From: a virus | Virus record (IMG/VR): IMGVR_UViG_3300044983_000045 | Location: 1-61,754 of that record | Length of the DNA: 61,754 nt | Direction: 5' to 3' (one strand) | In this document: positions 45,034-53,257 of the stretch, in pieces | Layout of the letters: the number at the start of each line of letters is the position of its first letter | How positions within the stretch are numbered: position 1 is the stretch's first letter | Notes under the pieces: model-generated | Told to the model about the DNA's origin: nothing | Database searches by the model: none | The model's input: only the letters and a program-made list of their open reading frames with translations | Made by a program: the position numbers and the translations under genes

Positions 45034-45513
45034 CTATTTTTTGCGACCCTGACGTTTTTTTGGACGAGGCGGTTGCACGGTGCGGGCGTCTGACCGATCA
45101 GACTCTTCCGCGCGTTCGCGTTCTCGCGTCGCTTGGTGCATGTTCCGCATCGTCTGCTCGAAATCTAGCGGAGCCGTGACGGCTTGCGCGGCGAGATCCG
45201 CCTTCACGCGTGCGACGATCGCTTGCATCATCGCGTTGTCGGGTTGCGTCAGTCCCATCGGTACCAGCAGCACATCGGCGATGTCCACCGAGAACACCTC
45301 AGCGATGGACTGCAATTTCCGCGTTTGGGTGTGTTGGCCCTTTTCGATCCGCCCGTACGTCGTCGCCGTCATCTTCGCACGTCGCGCGACGACTTTCTTT
45401 GAGAGCCCGTGTGCGAGACGGAGCCGAGCGATCGCCGGTCCCCACGGTCCTGGCATGGGTGGGAGTATAGCCACCTCTGCTATCTCCTTGGCTCTCATAT
45501 AGTTGCTAGCCAT
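45034..45513 (-). CDS. CI-like repressor (XRE-family HTH)
   Basis: HTH RLAHGLSKKVVARRAKMTATTYGRIEKGQHTQTRKLQSIAEVF. Divergent from the Cro-like gene. The start is ATG 45513 or 45498, both inside the operator region, so the mRNA may be leaderless. Confidence 0.75.
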   Translation of the reverse strand: MASNYMRAKEIAEVAILPPMPGPWGPAIARLRLAHGLSKKVVARRAKMTATTYGRIEKGQHTQTRKLQSIAEVFSVDIADVLLVPMGLTQPDNAMMQAIVARVKADLAAQAVTAPLDFEQTMRNMHQATRERERAEESDRSDARTVQPPRPKKRQGRKK

Positions 45514-45636
45514 CAGTGGTTGAGTATCCCAAAAAGTTGCGGCCTCCTGCAAATAATTTCGCTTTAGCACTTGACGGCATCTCAAATAGTTGCTAGAGTC
45601 GCGTTTACTTGCTATGAAATCACAGAAACTTGCTAG
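45500..45636. promoter_or_regulatory. Immunity-region operator set: reiterated (A/T)(A)(G/C)TTGCTA(G/T) motif
   Basis: TAGTTGCTAG at 45500-45509 and 45587-45596; AACTTGCTAG at 45627-45636; ACTTGCTAT at 45607-45615; weaker AAGTTGCGG at 45534-45542. All lie between the divergent repressor and cro-like genes. Confidence 0.55.
45571..45599 (+). promoter_or_regulatory. Sigma70-like rightward promoter candidate (TTGACG-17 nt-TAGAGT) overlapping an operator
   Basis: The -35 is at 45571-45576 and the -10 at 45594-45599, with exact 17-nt spacing. The ATG of the cro-like gene is 15 nt downstream. Confidence 0.5.
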
Positions 45637-45844
45637 TCGAAACCTCGCCCTCAAGTTCGCGATTCTTGAATCCGGTCGAACGCAGCGCGAGACAGCGAAG
45701 CGTCTACGTATGGATGAGACGCGGTTGAGCAAGATCATTGGCGGGGAAGCCATCGCCTACGAGCGCGAGCGAGAGAAGCTTGCGCAACTGCTCGGGCGTC
45801 CTCAAAGTGAACTGTTCCCGGTGCCTGAGTCGATCGCGTCATGA
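45614..45844 (+). CDS. Cro-like HTH regulator
   Basis: RNLALKFAILESGRTQRETAKRLRMDETRLSKIIGG is an HTH. It is the first gene of the rightward operon. Confidence 0.7.
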   Translation: MKSQKLASRNLALKFAILESGRTQRETAKRLRMDETRLSKIIGGEAIAYEREREKLAQLLGRPQSELFPVPESIAS

Positions 45845-46191
45845 ACCGTCAACAGGCGCTCCAAGCGGTGCCGGCGAATACGGAGCAGTCGGATCGCCGC
45901 GCGCACCTCCCAGCTCGCCGCAGCTATTCGGCCAGCCAGATCATCCATGACCTCGGGATTTCCCGCAGCACCTTCTACGAGTGGAAGCGCTTGAAGCTGA
46001 TGCCGTGGTTGGTCGAGTTGGATACGCCGACCGGACGCGCCGTGCGGTATCAGGCGGAACCGGTAGATCGGTTTTTTGAGAACAAGCGCGGCACGTCGCG
46101 TCACTTCTTCGGATCTCATGCGGTGCAGTCTGTCGTAAACCAATCAGTCCGTCTCCGTCCTACGTTTGGACATAAGGGAGTTCCCCAATGA
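45841..46191 (+). CDS. HTH DNA-binding protein (AlpA/excisionase- or CII-like)
   Basis: YSASQIIHDLGISRSTFYEWKRLKLMP. Coupled by ATGA on both sides. Confidence 0.55.
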   Translation: MNRQQALQAVPANTEQSDRRAHLPARRSYSASQIIHDLGISRSTFYEWKRLKLMPWLVELDTPTGRAVRYQAEPVDRFFENKRGTSRHFFGSHAVQSVVNQSVRLRPTFGHKGVPQ

Positions 46192-46568
46192 TCGTCCCGC
46201 ATTGGTCGGCGTGGCTGTTTCAGGTGGCGATGATCGGTCTCGCCATCGCGAGTGCGTTGTCCGCGATCAGTCTGCACGACATGAACCGCCTGCTCGGTCA
46301 GGCCGTGCGGAAGGCGCTGATCGACGCGGACATTCCCGTCAAGGTCGCGGTCGATGTGATGAAGGTGGACCGCTCACATTTCAACAAAGCCCTGAACGGC
46401 GACGGGTATCGCCATCTGTCGCTGAATCACCTCGTCCGGCTCGGCCCGGAGTTCATGGTCCATCTGACACGACATCTGATGTGGTTGACCGCAGAACATC
46501 GGGTCGCCGAGTTCAAGCAGGAAGTCACCGAGTTGACCGAGCTGGTCCGCGAAAGGAAGCGGGCGTGA
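46188..46568 (+). CDS. Hypothetical protein with N-terminal TM helix
   Basis: 126 aa with WLFQVAMIGLAIASALSAI. Preferred over the overlapping Arg/Gly-rich extension of ORF 46166. Confidence 0.5.
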   Translation: MIVPHWSAWLFQVAMIGLAIASALSAISLHDMNRLLGQAVRKALIDADIPVKVAVDVMKVDRSHFNKALNGDGYRHLSLNHLVRLGPEFMVHLTRHLMWLTAEHRVAEFKQEVTELTELVRERKRA

Positions 46569-47587
46569 TTACGAAATCTATTGCGCTCTCTGACATTCGC
46601 ATCGACGGCGGGACACAAGTGCGCGCAGCCATTGATCAACAGGTCGTCGCGGATTATGCGGAGGCGATGACGAGCGGCGCACAGTTTCCGCCGATCGTCG
46701 TCTTCCACGACGGGAGTCATCATCATCTCGCGGACGGTTTTCACCGCTTCCTCGCGGCGCAGCGGCTTCAGTTCAGAGAATTTGTCGCCGACGTTCGTCC
46801 GGGGACAAAAGAGGACGCCTTGTGGTTCGCACTTGGCGCGAATCGCATCAACGGACATCGGCTGTCGGGCGCAGACAAGAAACACGCGATCTTGCTCGCT
46901 CTTGCCGCGTGGCCTGAGCGGAGTTCCAACCAAATCGCAGAGCAGATCGGTGTCAATGCGGGCTACCTATCCCGCGTGAAGGCTGAGCATAACGTGCAAG
47001 CAACACCTGATGCCCGCGTCGTTGGCAGAGACGGAAAGAGCTATCCGGCGACGAGTCCTAAGCCAATGCGCCAAGAAAGTGCTCAATTTGTAGCCGTCAA
47101 GCAACTTGTGCAGGAGGGGAAGTCGTCCAAGGACATCAAATCGGCAACGGGCGCAGCCGATGGGACGATCGCCAAAGTCCGTAAGTCGCTCGGCCTGACG
47201 GTGCTTGACAAGACTAGGAACGGGATCGCGCAGCGTCGAGAGCGCATCGGTTCAATGGCAGCGGAAGGCTATTCATCGCGGCAGATCGCAGCGGCCATAG
47301 GAATCACAGGCGATCGAGTGCGAGAACTGGCGAGACGGATCGGTGTCGATGTTCACGCTGACAAGGATGTCGGCAAATCGCCGCGCCACAATTCCAACCG
47401 CATCATCGAGCGCATCGTCATGGATGCGGAGAACCTTACCGAAGGCGTTGATTTGATCAAGTTTGCCGAGCTAGATCGAGAACAGCTAACGGACTGGCTG
47501 CGGTCATTGACGCAATCCCGCGACAAGCTCGGATCGTTCATTCGTCGTTTGATGAAGGAGCAACAGCGCAATGGCGAAGCAGCCTAG
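46565..47587 (+). CDS. ParB/sulfiredoxin-like N-terminal domain protein with three C-terminal HTH modules
   Basis: GTG 46565 overlaps the upstream TGA. IALSDIRIDGGTQVR...PPIVVF.DG..HHLADGFHRFLAA is a ParB-like nuclease domain. HTHs: SNQIAEQIGVNAGYLSRV, SSKDIKSATGAADGTIAKV, SSRQIAAAIGITGDRVRELA. Confidence 0.7.
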   Translation: MITKSIALSDIRIDGGTQVRAAIDQQVVADYAEAMTSGAQFPPIVVFHDGSHHHLADGFHRFLAAQRLQFREFVADVRPGTKEDALWFALGANRINGHRLSGADKKHAILLALAAWPERSSNQIAEQIGVNAGYLSRVKAEHNVQATPDARVVGRDGKSYPATSPKPMRQESAQFVAVKQLVQEGKSSKDIKSATGAADGTIAKVRKSLGLTVLDKTRNGIAQRRERIGSMAAEGYSSRQIAAAIGITGDRVRELARRIGVDVHADKDVGKSPRHNSNRIIERIVMDAENLTEGVDLIKFAELDREQLTDWLRSLTQSRDKLGSFIRRLMKEQQRNGEAA

Positions 47588-48380
47588 TCGTCGTCCGTCG
47601 AAGATTCATCCGGTGCCGATCGCGAAGATGCGAATCCCTCCAGCGCTCGTGACACAGCGAGAGTTTCGGAAGGCGCATGGTGATCGCATCGCGGCGGAAC
47701 TCGACCTCAACAAACTCGGCTACCCGATCATCAACCATCGCGACGGCAACTTTTGGGTGTGTGACGGTCAGCACCGGATCTACGCGCTGAAGCAGAACGG
47801 CTTTGATAAGGACGTGCTCGATTGCGAGGTGTTCGAGGATCTGACCGACGCTGAGATGGCGGAAATCTTCCTCGGTCGCGATGACCGCAAGCCGATTCCG
47901 CTGTACGACAAGTTCCATGTTGCCTGCACGGCTGGCCGTCGTCGTGAGCAGGACATTCAGCGAGCCGTGGAGTCCAACGGGCAGAAGATCGCTCGCAGTA
48001 AGGGCGACGGCATTAGTGCGGTCGGCGCTCTGGCGACCGTGTATGACCGCAGCGGCGATGTCGTCCTCGGCCAGGTTGTGCGGACCATCAATCTCGGCTT
48101 CGGCGGTGACCCGCTGGCGTTCGATCGTGCGGTCATCGAAGGACTGGGCCTCGTGTTCAACCGCTACAACGGCAAGACGAACGAAAAGCAACTCGGCGCG
48201 CGGCTGTCGGAACTGCGTCACGGTGCCCGCGAAGTACTGCGTAAAGCCGAGACGATGCGTGAGCGCACGGGCAACCAGAAAAAGCAGTGCGTGGCCGCTG
48301 TCGTCGTGGATGTCTACAACAAGGGGCTCGGTCCTCGTGACGCGCATCGTCTCCCGTCGTGGTGGAAGGAAAGCGCGTAA
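47571..48380 (+). CDS. DGQHR-domain protein (DndB-like / ParB-fold)
   Basis: Contains NFWVCDGQHRIYAL, the hallmark DGQHR motif, with upstream basic region and downstream helical region. Confidence 0.65.
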   Translation: MAKQPSRRPSKIHPVPIAKMRIPPALVTQREFRKAHGDRIAAELDLNKLGYPIINHRDGNFWVCDGQHRIYALKQNGFDKDVLDCEVFEDLTDAEMAEIFLGRDDRKPIPLYDKFHVACTAGRRREQDIQRAVESNGQKIARSKGDGISAVGALATVYDRSGDVVLGQVVRTINLGFGGDPLAFDRAVIEGLGLVFNRYNGKTNEKQLGARLSELRHGAREVLRKAETMRERTGNQKKQCVAAVVVDVYNKGLGPRDAHRLPSWWKESA

Positions 48381-48532
48381 TGCGTGGCGTGCTCGGTGTC
48401 GCGGTATGGGCGGTCGTGCTGGTCTGTGCGGTGCCGTTCGTGTTCGTCGGGTTGTTCTTTCTGTCGATTCACCTCAAACGAAAGGAGCTGAGAGCGTGCG
48501 AACCAAGCGATTCGTCGGAGCATTCCTCGTAG
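48380..48532 (+). CDS. Small membrane peptide candidate
   Basis: The ATG overlaps the upstream TAA. MRGVLGVAVWAVVLVCAVPFVFVGLFFLSIHLKRK... It overlaps the next candidate by 37 nt, so one of the two may be spurious. Confidence 0.3.
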   Translation: MRGVLGVAVWAVVLVCAVPFVFVGLFFLSIHLKRKELRACEPSDSSEHSS

Positions 48533-48621
48533 CCGTGGTGATCGCGCTGGCCTTGGGAAGCCAGTCGGTCGGCGCGGTCTACTTCGAGTGCTGGTATCCC
48601 TGGATGTGTGGACTGTTCTGA
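48496..48621 (+). CDS. Small membrane peptide candidate
   Basis: AAAGGAG lies 7 nt upstream of GTG 48496. VRTKRFVGAFLVAVVIALALGSQSVGAVYFECWYPWMCGLF. Confidence 0.4.
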   Translation: MRTKRFVGAFLVAVVIALALGSQSVGAVYFECWYPWMCGLF

Positions 48622-48630
48622 GGAAACAAC

Positions 48631-48658
48631 GGCCCGGACGCCTAGGAACGTCCGGGCC
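48631..48658 (+). terminator. Perfect 10-bp GC-rich hairpin (terminator candidate, no U-tract)
   Basis: GGCCCGGACG-cctaggaa-CGTCCGGGCC. Confidence 0.45.
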
Positions 48659-48694
48659 GCACACGAAAGCGGGGCGTGAAAGGCGCCCACACCC

Positions 48695-48910
48695 ATGACT
48701 TTAACACACGCCGTCCTCCTCTCTCTGCCGACCGCGTTGGACCTTCGGCACGCCGTGATCGCCTATGGATCCATTCTCGGCTGTGCGGCCTCGCTCTGGC
48801 TCGTGGCGGTCGTCGTCACTTCGATTGCCGATCGGATCAAACAGGCGCGTCTGGAGCATCGGCAGTTCGTTATCAGACGCTTAATGGAAGGTGACGGAGC
48901 GAAGCGATGA
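48695..48910 (+). CDS. Small membrane protein
   Basis: 71 aa. TM GSILGCAASLWLVAVVVTSIA. Confidence 0.45.
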   Translation: MTLTHAVLLSLPTALDLRHAVIAYGSILGCAASLWLVAVVVTSIADRIKQARLEHRQFVIRRLMEGDGAKR

Positions 48911-49215
48911 GCCTCACATCGATCCACCAGGCCGCGGCGCTCGACCAGCTTGCGCGGGATTTGTACGTGAATCGGATGGAGTATCTCGGCCTGCCGATCA
49001 CGCTGTGGCCAGATGTCCCGTTTAATGAGCGGCAAATCTTCGTGGAACTCTCCGCGAGAACGTTACGGATGATGTGTGAACCGTCTGCGGGGACGACGAC
49101 GGATGCACTGTTCCACTTGGCGAATGCGTTGGGACGGGCAGAGATTACGACAGGGCTTCGACAGACACGCCACGACAACGTAATTGGTCGGATACAGCCG
49201 CAGGGGGCCGCGTGA
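48907..49215 (+). CDS. Hypothetical protein
   Basis: 102-aa ORF coupled by ATGA/GTGA on both sides. Confidence 0.5.
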   Translation: MSLTSIHQAAALDQLARDLYVNRMEYLGLPITLWPDVPFNERQIFVELSARTLRMMCEPSAGTTTDALFHLANALGRAEITTGLRQTRHDNVIGRIQPQGAA

Positions 49216-49559
49216 AGGTCGGCGACACGCTGTGGTGTTACGACCCGAACAACCGCGTGTATGCGGCCGGCAGCAGCGCACCGACGGAGCGCGGCTACTG
49301 GCGTCCTCGCGTGATCACTGGCGAAAACAAAGCGAGCTGGCTGTGTGAAGGCTATCTACGTGTCGTCAAGAAGACGATGCGGACAGCGAAGGTCGGAGGG
49401 TTTGGCGGGTATCGCGTGCTCGCATCGCAGCAAGCCGTAGACGACGAAGTGTGGTTACGCGAAAACCGCCACGCCATAGCCCGCGAAGTCGAGATGTTGA
49501 CGAACCACGAGACGCTGAAGCGCATTCACGCCGTGCTATTTCCGCAGGGGGCCGCATGA
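49212..49559 (+). CDS. Hypothetical protein
   Basis: 115-aa ORF coupled to both neighbours. Confidence 0.5.
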   Translation: MKVGDTLWCYDPNNRVYAAGSSAPTERGYWRPRVITGENKASWLCEGYLRVVKKTMRTAKVGGFGGYRVLASQQAVDDEVWLRENRHAIAREVEMLTNHETLKRIHAVLFPQGAA

Positions 49560-50809
49560 CCGGCGACGAGATGTTCGGCGCTCCTGTTCCCGGTGAAGCC
49601 GTAGCGTCTCACGGACCCTACGAAAACATCGCAGGCGGTCAGGCACGACGGCACTGGAAGCGAGACGCCCGGAACAAGTGGTACGACGCAGATGTAGTGC
49701 AGAAGGAGCAGACGATGAGCACGACGCCAGCCGAAGCAGAAATCGTACACGACGCACCGCCGGTCGCACTGGCGCGAGTCGAGCGGAGTGCCGTGTTGCT
49801 CACGCCCGTCATGGACGTTCGCACGGCGATGGCGCGGCTCCAAGAGTTTCAAGCCTTCTGCGCGGAGTACCTCAGCGAATCACACGACGGCGGCAACGAC
49901 GGCGGCGACTACGGGGTGATTCCTGGCACCAAGAAGAAGACGCTGCTGAAGTCCGGCTCGGACAAGCTCTGCGAAGTCTACGGCCTCTATGACGAATATG
50001 CGCTGATTAGCAGCGTGGAAGATTGGGAGCGCGGTCTGTTCGATTACACGCTCAAGTGCCTGCTCAAGAGTCGCCGCGATGACAGCGTGGTCGGCACAGG
50101 CGTGGGTTCGTGCAGCAGCTACGAATCGAAATACCGCTGGCGCGAGATTCAGCGCCTGTGTCCGCAGTGTGGTAAGGCCGCGATCATCAAGGGCAAGGCG
50201 GAGTTTGGCGGCGGGTGGGTGTGCTTCAAGAAGAAGGACGGCTGCGGCGCGAAGTACAGGGACGGCGATACGGTTATCGAGGGGCAGACGGTTGGCCGCA
50301 TCGAGAACACGGACATCATCGACAGCAAGAACACGGTCCTGAAGATGGCGAAGAAGCGGGCCAAGATCGACGCGGTGATTGGTGCGACTCGATCATCGGG
50401 CATCTTCACACAGGACTTAGAAGACCTCACCGCTCCAACCGTACAGGGCGCTCATCCTGTCGCGCCTGTCGGTCTGTCCCCGTCGGTCCCGAACGGTGGA
50501 GATTCGGGACGCTCTGACGAAGGGCCGGATCTCGGTGTAGACATGCCAGCCGGCGCCCGGCGCGTCCTGAAGGTCGGCCCTGGTATCGCCGGCGCGAAAG
50601 CGGAGATCACGTTCAACGCCAACGTCGGCGAGTCGGGACGGTCCACGCTCCTGACCTACAAGCAGTCGATTGCGGACTTCGCCGAGCGGATGGCTGAGAC
50701 GGGTGAGCCGGTGTTTCCGGGTCTGAAGCAGTCGGCGTCAGGTAATTGGCGGCTAGAAGATCTTGTCGGCGTGCCGAAGGCTTTCAACCCCGATACGGAC
50801 GCATTCTGA
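49556..50809 (+). CDS. Putative single-strand annealing/recombination protein with an inserted zinc-ribbon
   Basis: ATG 49556 overlaps the upstream TGA. LLKSGSDKLCEVYGL...GVGSCSS.E.KYRW...NTVLKMAKKRAKIDAVIGA resembles Erf/Rad52-type SSAP cores. The insert is CPQCG...GGWVCFKKKDGCG. Functional call is tentative. Confidence 0.35.
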   Translation: MTGDEMFGAPVPGEAVASHGPYENIAGGQARRHWKRDARNKWYDADVVQKEQTMSTTPAEAEIVHDAPPVALARVERSAVLLTPVMDVRTAMARLQEFQAFCAEYLSESHDGGNDGGDYGVIPGTKKKTLLKSGSDKLCEVYGLYDEYALISSVEDWERGLFDYTLKCLLKSRRDDSVVGTGVGSCSSYESKYRWREIQRLCPQCGKAAIIKGKAEFGGGWVCFKKKDGCGAKYRDGDTVIEGQTVGRIENTDIIDSKNTVLKMAKKRAKIDAVIGATRSSGIFTQDLEDLTAPTVQGAHPVAPVGLSPSVPNGGDSGRSDEGPDLGVDMPAGARRVLKVGPGIAGAKAEITFNANVGESGRSTLLTYKQSIADFAERMAETGEPVFPGLKQSASGNWRLEDLVGVPKAFNPDTDAF

Positions 50810-51063
50810 TGATCCCCCGTCCTGAGTTCGGGAACCGCGACGCTGACATCCTCCTCCGCCTCCGTGAACGGCGAGTGACCGCCATTGCTGACATCGATGA
50901 CGCCCTAGCCGCGCTCGAAGTGCGACGTGTGGAGGAACAGCAGGCCAACGGGCCGCGTGCGTGCTGTGCGGATTGGGCCTTCGTGACGGACTGCGTCGAT
51001 GGGATCGATTCGTGGAAGTGTGGCTGCTGTGATCGTCGGTGGGAGATGCCGTGCGCGAACTGA
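50809..51063 (+). CDS. Small Cys-rich protein
   Basis: 84 aa. CCADW...C......W.CGCCDRRWEMPC. Confidence 0.45.
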   Translation: MIPRPEFGNRDADILLRLRERRVTAIADIDDALAALEVRRVEEQQANGPRACCADWAFVTDCVDGIDSWKCGCCDRRWEMPCAN

Positions 51064-51476
51064 CGTACGAGCGTTTCCAATCTCGCCGTAAGAAACCCGG
51101 TGTTGCGGCCAGGTATCGGGCCAAGCGCCGCCGTGCGAAACAACAAGGCGTTGGTGAAGTTCGCGCCTACGTGTTCGAGCGCGAGAAAGGCATCTGCCGG
51201 TGCTGTGGCTACATGGCGGCCGAGTCGATGCACGAGATCACCTTCCGTAGTCAGGGCGGCTTGGTGTCGCCTGAGAACAGTATCGCGGTGTGCGGTGACG
51301 GCGTTCGCGGCTGTCATGGAAAGCTCCAGCGGCACGAAATTAAAGTCCGCATGGGCTCAAAGCGCAAAGGCGCTGAAGGGTTTCTCGCCTTCTCTGGTGA
51401 CGTGTCGTTGTTTGCTGGCGTTGAGCGCGGTTCTGAACCGGGTAGCGGTCGGATTACCTGCGAGTGGGTGAAGTGA
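51039..51476 (+). CDS. HNH-family nuclease
   Basis: CRCCG....ESMHEITFRSQGG....NSIAVC......CH. An alternative GTG start is at 51051. Confidence 0.6.
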   Translation: MGDAVRELTYERFQSRRKKPGVAARYRAKRRRAKQQGVGEVRAYVFEREKGICRCCGYMAAESMHEITFRSQGGLVSPENSIAVCGDGVRGCHGKLQRHEIKVRMGSKRKGAEGFLAFSGDVSLFAGVERGSEPGSGRITCEWVK

Positions 51477-51646
51477 CGTATTTCGCCCTTCTCGTCCTGG
51501 TGCTCGGCGGGGTGCGCTGGCTGGCGTACTTGGTGAAACGTCGTCGTCGTGATCAGGCGGCGGACTACGTACAGCGGATTCAAGTGCTGAAGTCTGATTC
51601 GCCGCTCGCGCTGCCGGCGATCAAGCCGTTGAAGGGAGTTCGCTGA
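51473..51646 (+). CDS. Small membrane protein
   Basis: The GTG overlaps the upstream TGA. TM YFALLVLVLGGVRWLAYLV followed by KRRRR. Confidence 0.45.
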   Translation: MTYFALLVLVLGGVRWLAYLVKRRRRDQAADYVQRIQVLKSDSPLALPAIKPLKGVR

Positions 51647-51843
51647 TGGCTGACTGGCAACCAATTGAAACAGTGCCGAAGCGGGATGGCGTGGCTATTC
51701 TCGTGCGCGAGCCGAAGAACAATCAGATCCGTATCGTATTTTGGCAAGCCGCGTGGGGTATGTGGCTCTCAGTTCCGGGTCGTATTCAGGTCCGACCGAC
51801 GCACTGGATGCCGCTTCCTGCTTTTCGGACGGAGGCACGCTGA
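51646..51843 (+). CDS. DUF551-like phage protein
   Basis: MADWQPIETVPKRDGVAILV......W.......THWMPLP is the typical DUF551 pattern. Confidence 0.6.
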   Translation: MADWQPIETVPKRDGVAILVREPKNNQIRIVFWQAAWGMWLSVPGRIQVRPTHWMPLPAFRTEAR

Positions 51844-52052
51844 TGCCGTCCTTCCTCATCACGGTCAAGTCTCAGCCTGATGCCGAGTGGAAGATTGCCG
51901 GCTGGGAAGACGATCTGATCGAAGCGAAGACGCAAGCCGGTGCTCTCGTGCAGCGGCCCTACATGGCGGTGATGGCGTGTGTCTCTCAGGTTGGGGGCTC
52001 CGACGCCTCGCCGACGTTCACGCTGAAGTTCCAAGCGAAAGGGCAGGCGTGA
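51843..52052 (+). CDS. Hypothetical small protein
   Basis: 69 aa. ATG 51843 overlaps the upstream TGA. Confidence 0.45.
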   Translation: MPSFLITVKSQPDAEWKIAGWEDDLIEAKTQAGALVQRPYMAVMACVSQVGGSDASPTFTLKFQAKGQA

Positions 52053-52967
52053 GTGGCAGCGTACTACAACGAGATCGACCCGTTCGCCGCGGCATGGCTG
52101 CGGGAACTGATCAAGGCAGGGCTGATCGCAGATGGCGAAGTCGATGAGCGGTCAATCGAACTTGTTCGGCCTGACGACGTGCGAGGATTCGTCCAGTGCC
52201 ATTTCTTCGCCGGCATTGGCGGCTGGAGCCTCGCGCTCAGACTCGCAGGCTGGCCCGATTCTCAGCCAGTCTGGACCGGCTCATGTCCCTGTCAGCCGTT
52301 CTCGTCAGCCGGCACCAAAATTGGCGGGAATGATCCGCGCGACCTTTGGCCTGTCTGGTTCCAGCTCGTCAAAGAGTGCCGCCCTGTCGTCGTCTTTGGT
52401 GAACAAGTTGAAGCAGCGATTGGATATGGATGGCTCGATCGTCTTTGCGATGACCTGGAAGCGGAAGACTACGCCGTCGGGCCGGTTGGTTTACCGGGTC
52501 CATGCGTCGGCTCGTTCGATGCGAGACACCGCTTGTGGTTTGTGGCCGACGCCGGACACGCACACGGGAGGGCGAACAGTTCCGAGCAATTCCGTTTGGT
52601 CGGGCGCGACGGTTCGCAGTCCGAAGGGCCAAAAGCGACAAGTCAGTCTCGAAACGGTCGCACGTTTTGCGACGTGGGCGAGTCCTACCGTCGGAGACAG
52701 CGAACGCGGCGGATCGATCAATCAACAGTCTGGAATGACGCGACCGAGCGGCGCGAAGATTGGTCTGATGTTAATTCATCAGGCGCAACTTTCTGGTCCG
52801 CTGCCGAGTGGATCAACTGCACCGATGGCAAAGCGCGGCCAGTTGAACCCGGCACATTCCCGTTGGCTCATGGGGTATCCAACCGCGTGGGACGACTGCG
52901 CGGCTACGGTAACGCGATCAAGCCGCAAGTCGCGCAAGTCTTCATCGAAGCCTATATGAGCATTTAG
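52053..52967 (+). CDS. DNA (cytosine-5)-methyltransferase, copy 1
   Basis: Motif I FFAGIGG, motif [10 protein letters not shown], motif VI FGEQV, motif [12 protein letters not shown], motif [11 protein letters not shown], all in one 304-codon frame. Confidence 0.8.
   Translation: MAAYYNEIDPFAAAWLRELIKAGLIADGEVDERSIELVRPDDVRGFVQCHFFAGIGGWSLALRLAGWPDSQPVWTGSCPCQPFSSAGTKIGGNDPRDLWPVWFQLVKECRPVVVFGEQVEAAIGYGWLDRLCDDLEAEDYAVGPVGLPGPCVGSFDARHRLWFVADAGHAHGRANSSEQFRLVGRDGSQSEGPKATSQSRNGRTFCDVGESYRRRQRTRRIDQSTVWNDATERREDWSDVNSSGATFWSAAEWINCTDGKARPVEPGTFPLAHGVSNRVGRLRGYGNAIKPQVAQVFIEAYMSI
52132..52959 (+). CDS. Nested +1-frame ORF inside methyltransferase gene 1 (PTP-motif / ...[17 protein letters not shown] protein; coding status unresolved)
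   Basis: 275-codon ORF fully inside 52053..52967. Its translation is not low-complexity: ...[13 protein letters not shown]...[16 protein letters not shown]...[13 protein letters not shown]...[21 protein letters not shown]. Confidence 0.4.
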   Translation: MAKSMSGQSNLFGLTTCEDSSSAISSPALAAGASRSDSQAGPILSQSGPAHVPVSRSRQPAPKLAGMIRATFGLSGSSSSKSAALSSSLVNKLKQRLDMDGSIVFAMTWKRKTTPSGRLVYRVHASARSMRDTACGLWPTPDTHTGGRTVPSNSVWSGATVRSPKGQKRQVSLETVARFATWASPTVGDSERGGSINQQSGMTRPSGAKIGLMLIHQAQLSGPLPSGSTAPMAKRGQLNPAHSRWLMGYPTAWDDCAATVTRSSRKSRKSSSKPI

Positions 52968-52979
52968 AGAGTAGTGGCT

Positions 52980-53093
52980 ATGAAATATTTCTTCATGTCT
53001 TTGCGCTGCTGGATCACTCACCGGAGATCGTGGATGGTGTGGCGCGAACCATCAATACGGAGGACGTGCCTTAAGTGCGGACGGATGTTCTAG
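52980..53093 (+). CDS. Small ORF candidate
   Basis: 37 aa (MKYFFMSLRCWITHRRSWMVWREPSIRRTCLKCGRMF) with an AT-richer 5' end. Weak. Confidence 0.25.
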   Translation: MKYFFMSLRCWITHRRSWMVWREPSIRRTCLKCGRMF

Positions 53094-53254
53094 TGATTGC
53101 GGAGCATCCGTCGTTGCGGACGGTGATTCGCCGCGAGACGCGCGAGGTGTGCGTTTTGTCGTGCGGGCACGAAGTCGTGCTATGGGACGGATGCAAAGAA
53201 GCGCCAGTCGTGCTCTGTCCGTTTTGTGAAGCCTTACCGTTGGAAGTGGCCTAG
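53093..53254 (+). CDS. Small zinc-ribbon-like ORF candidate
   Basis: GTG 53093 overlaps the upstream TAG. ...CVLSCGHEVVLWDGCKEAPVVLCPFCE. Confidence 0.35.
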   Translation: MIAEHPSLRTVIRRETREVCVLSCGHEVVLWDGCKEAPVVLCPFCEALPLEVA

Positions 53255-53257
53255 ATC

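Noticed and set aside
46166-46564. Long N-terminal extension of the ParB-like ORF (473-aa version)
   Set aside because: It is Arg/Gly/Ser-rich low-complexity translation. It overlaps two better ORFs (45841-46191, 46188-46568), and GTG 46565 is coupled to the upstream stop.
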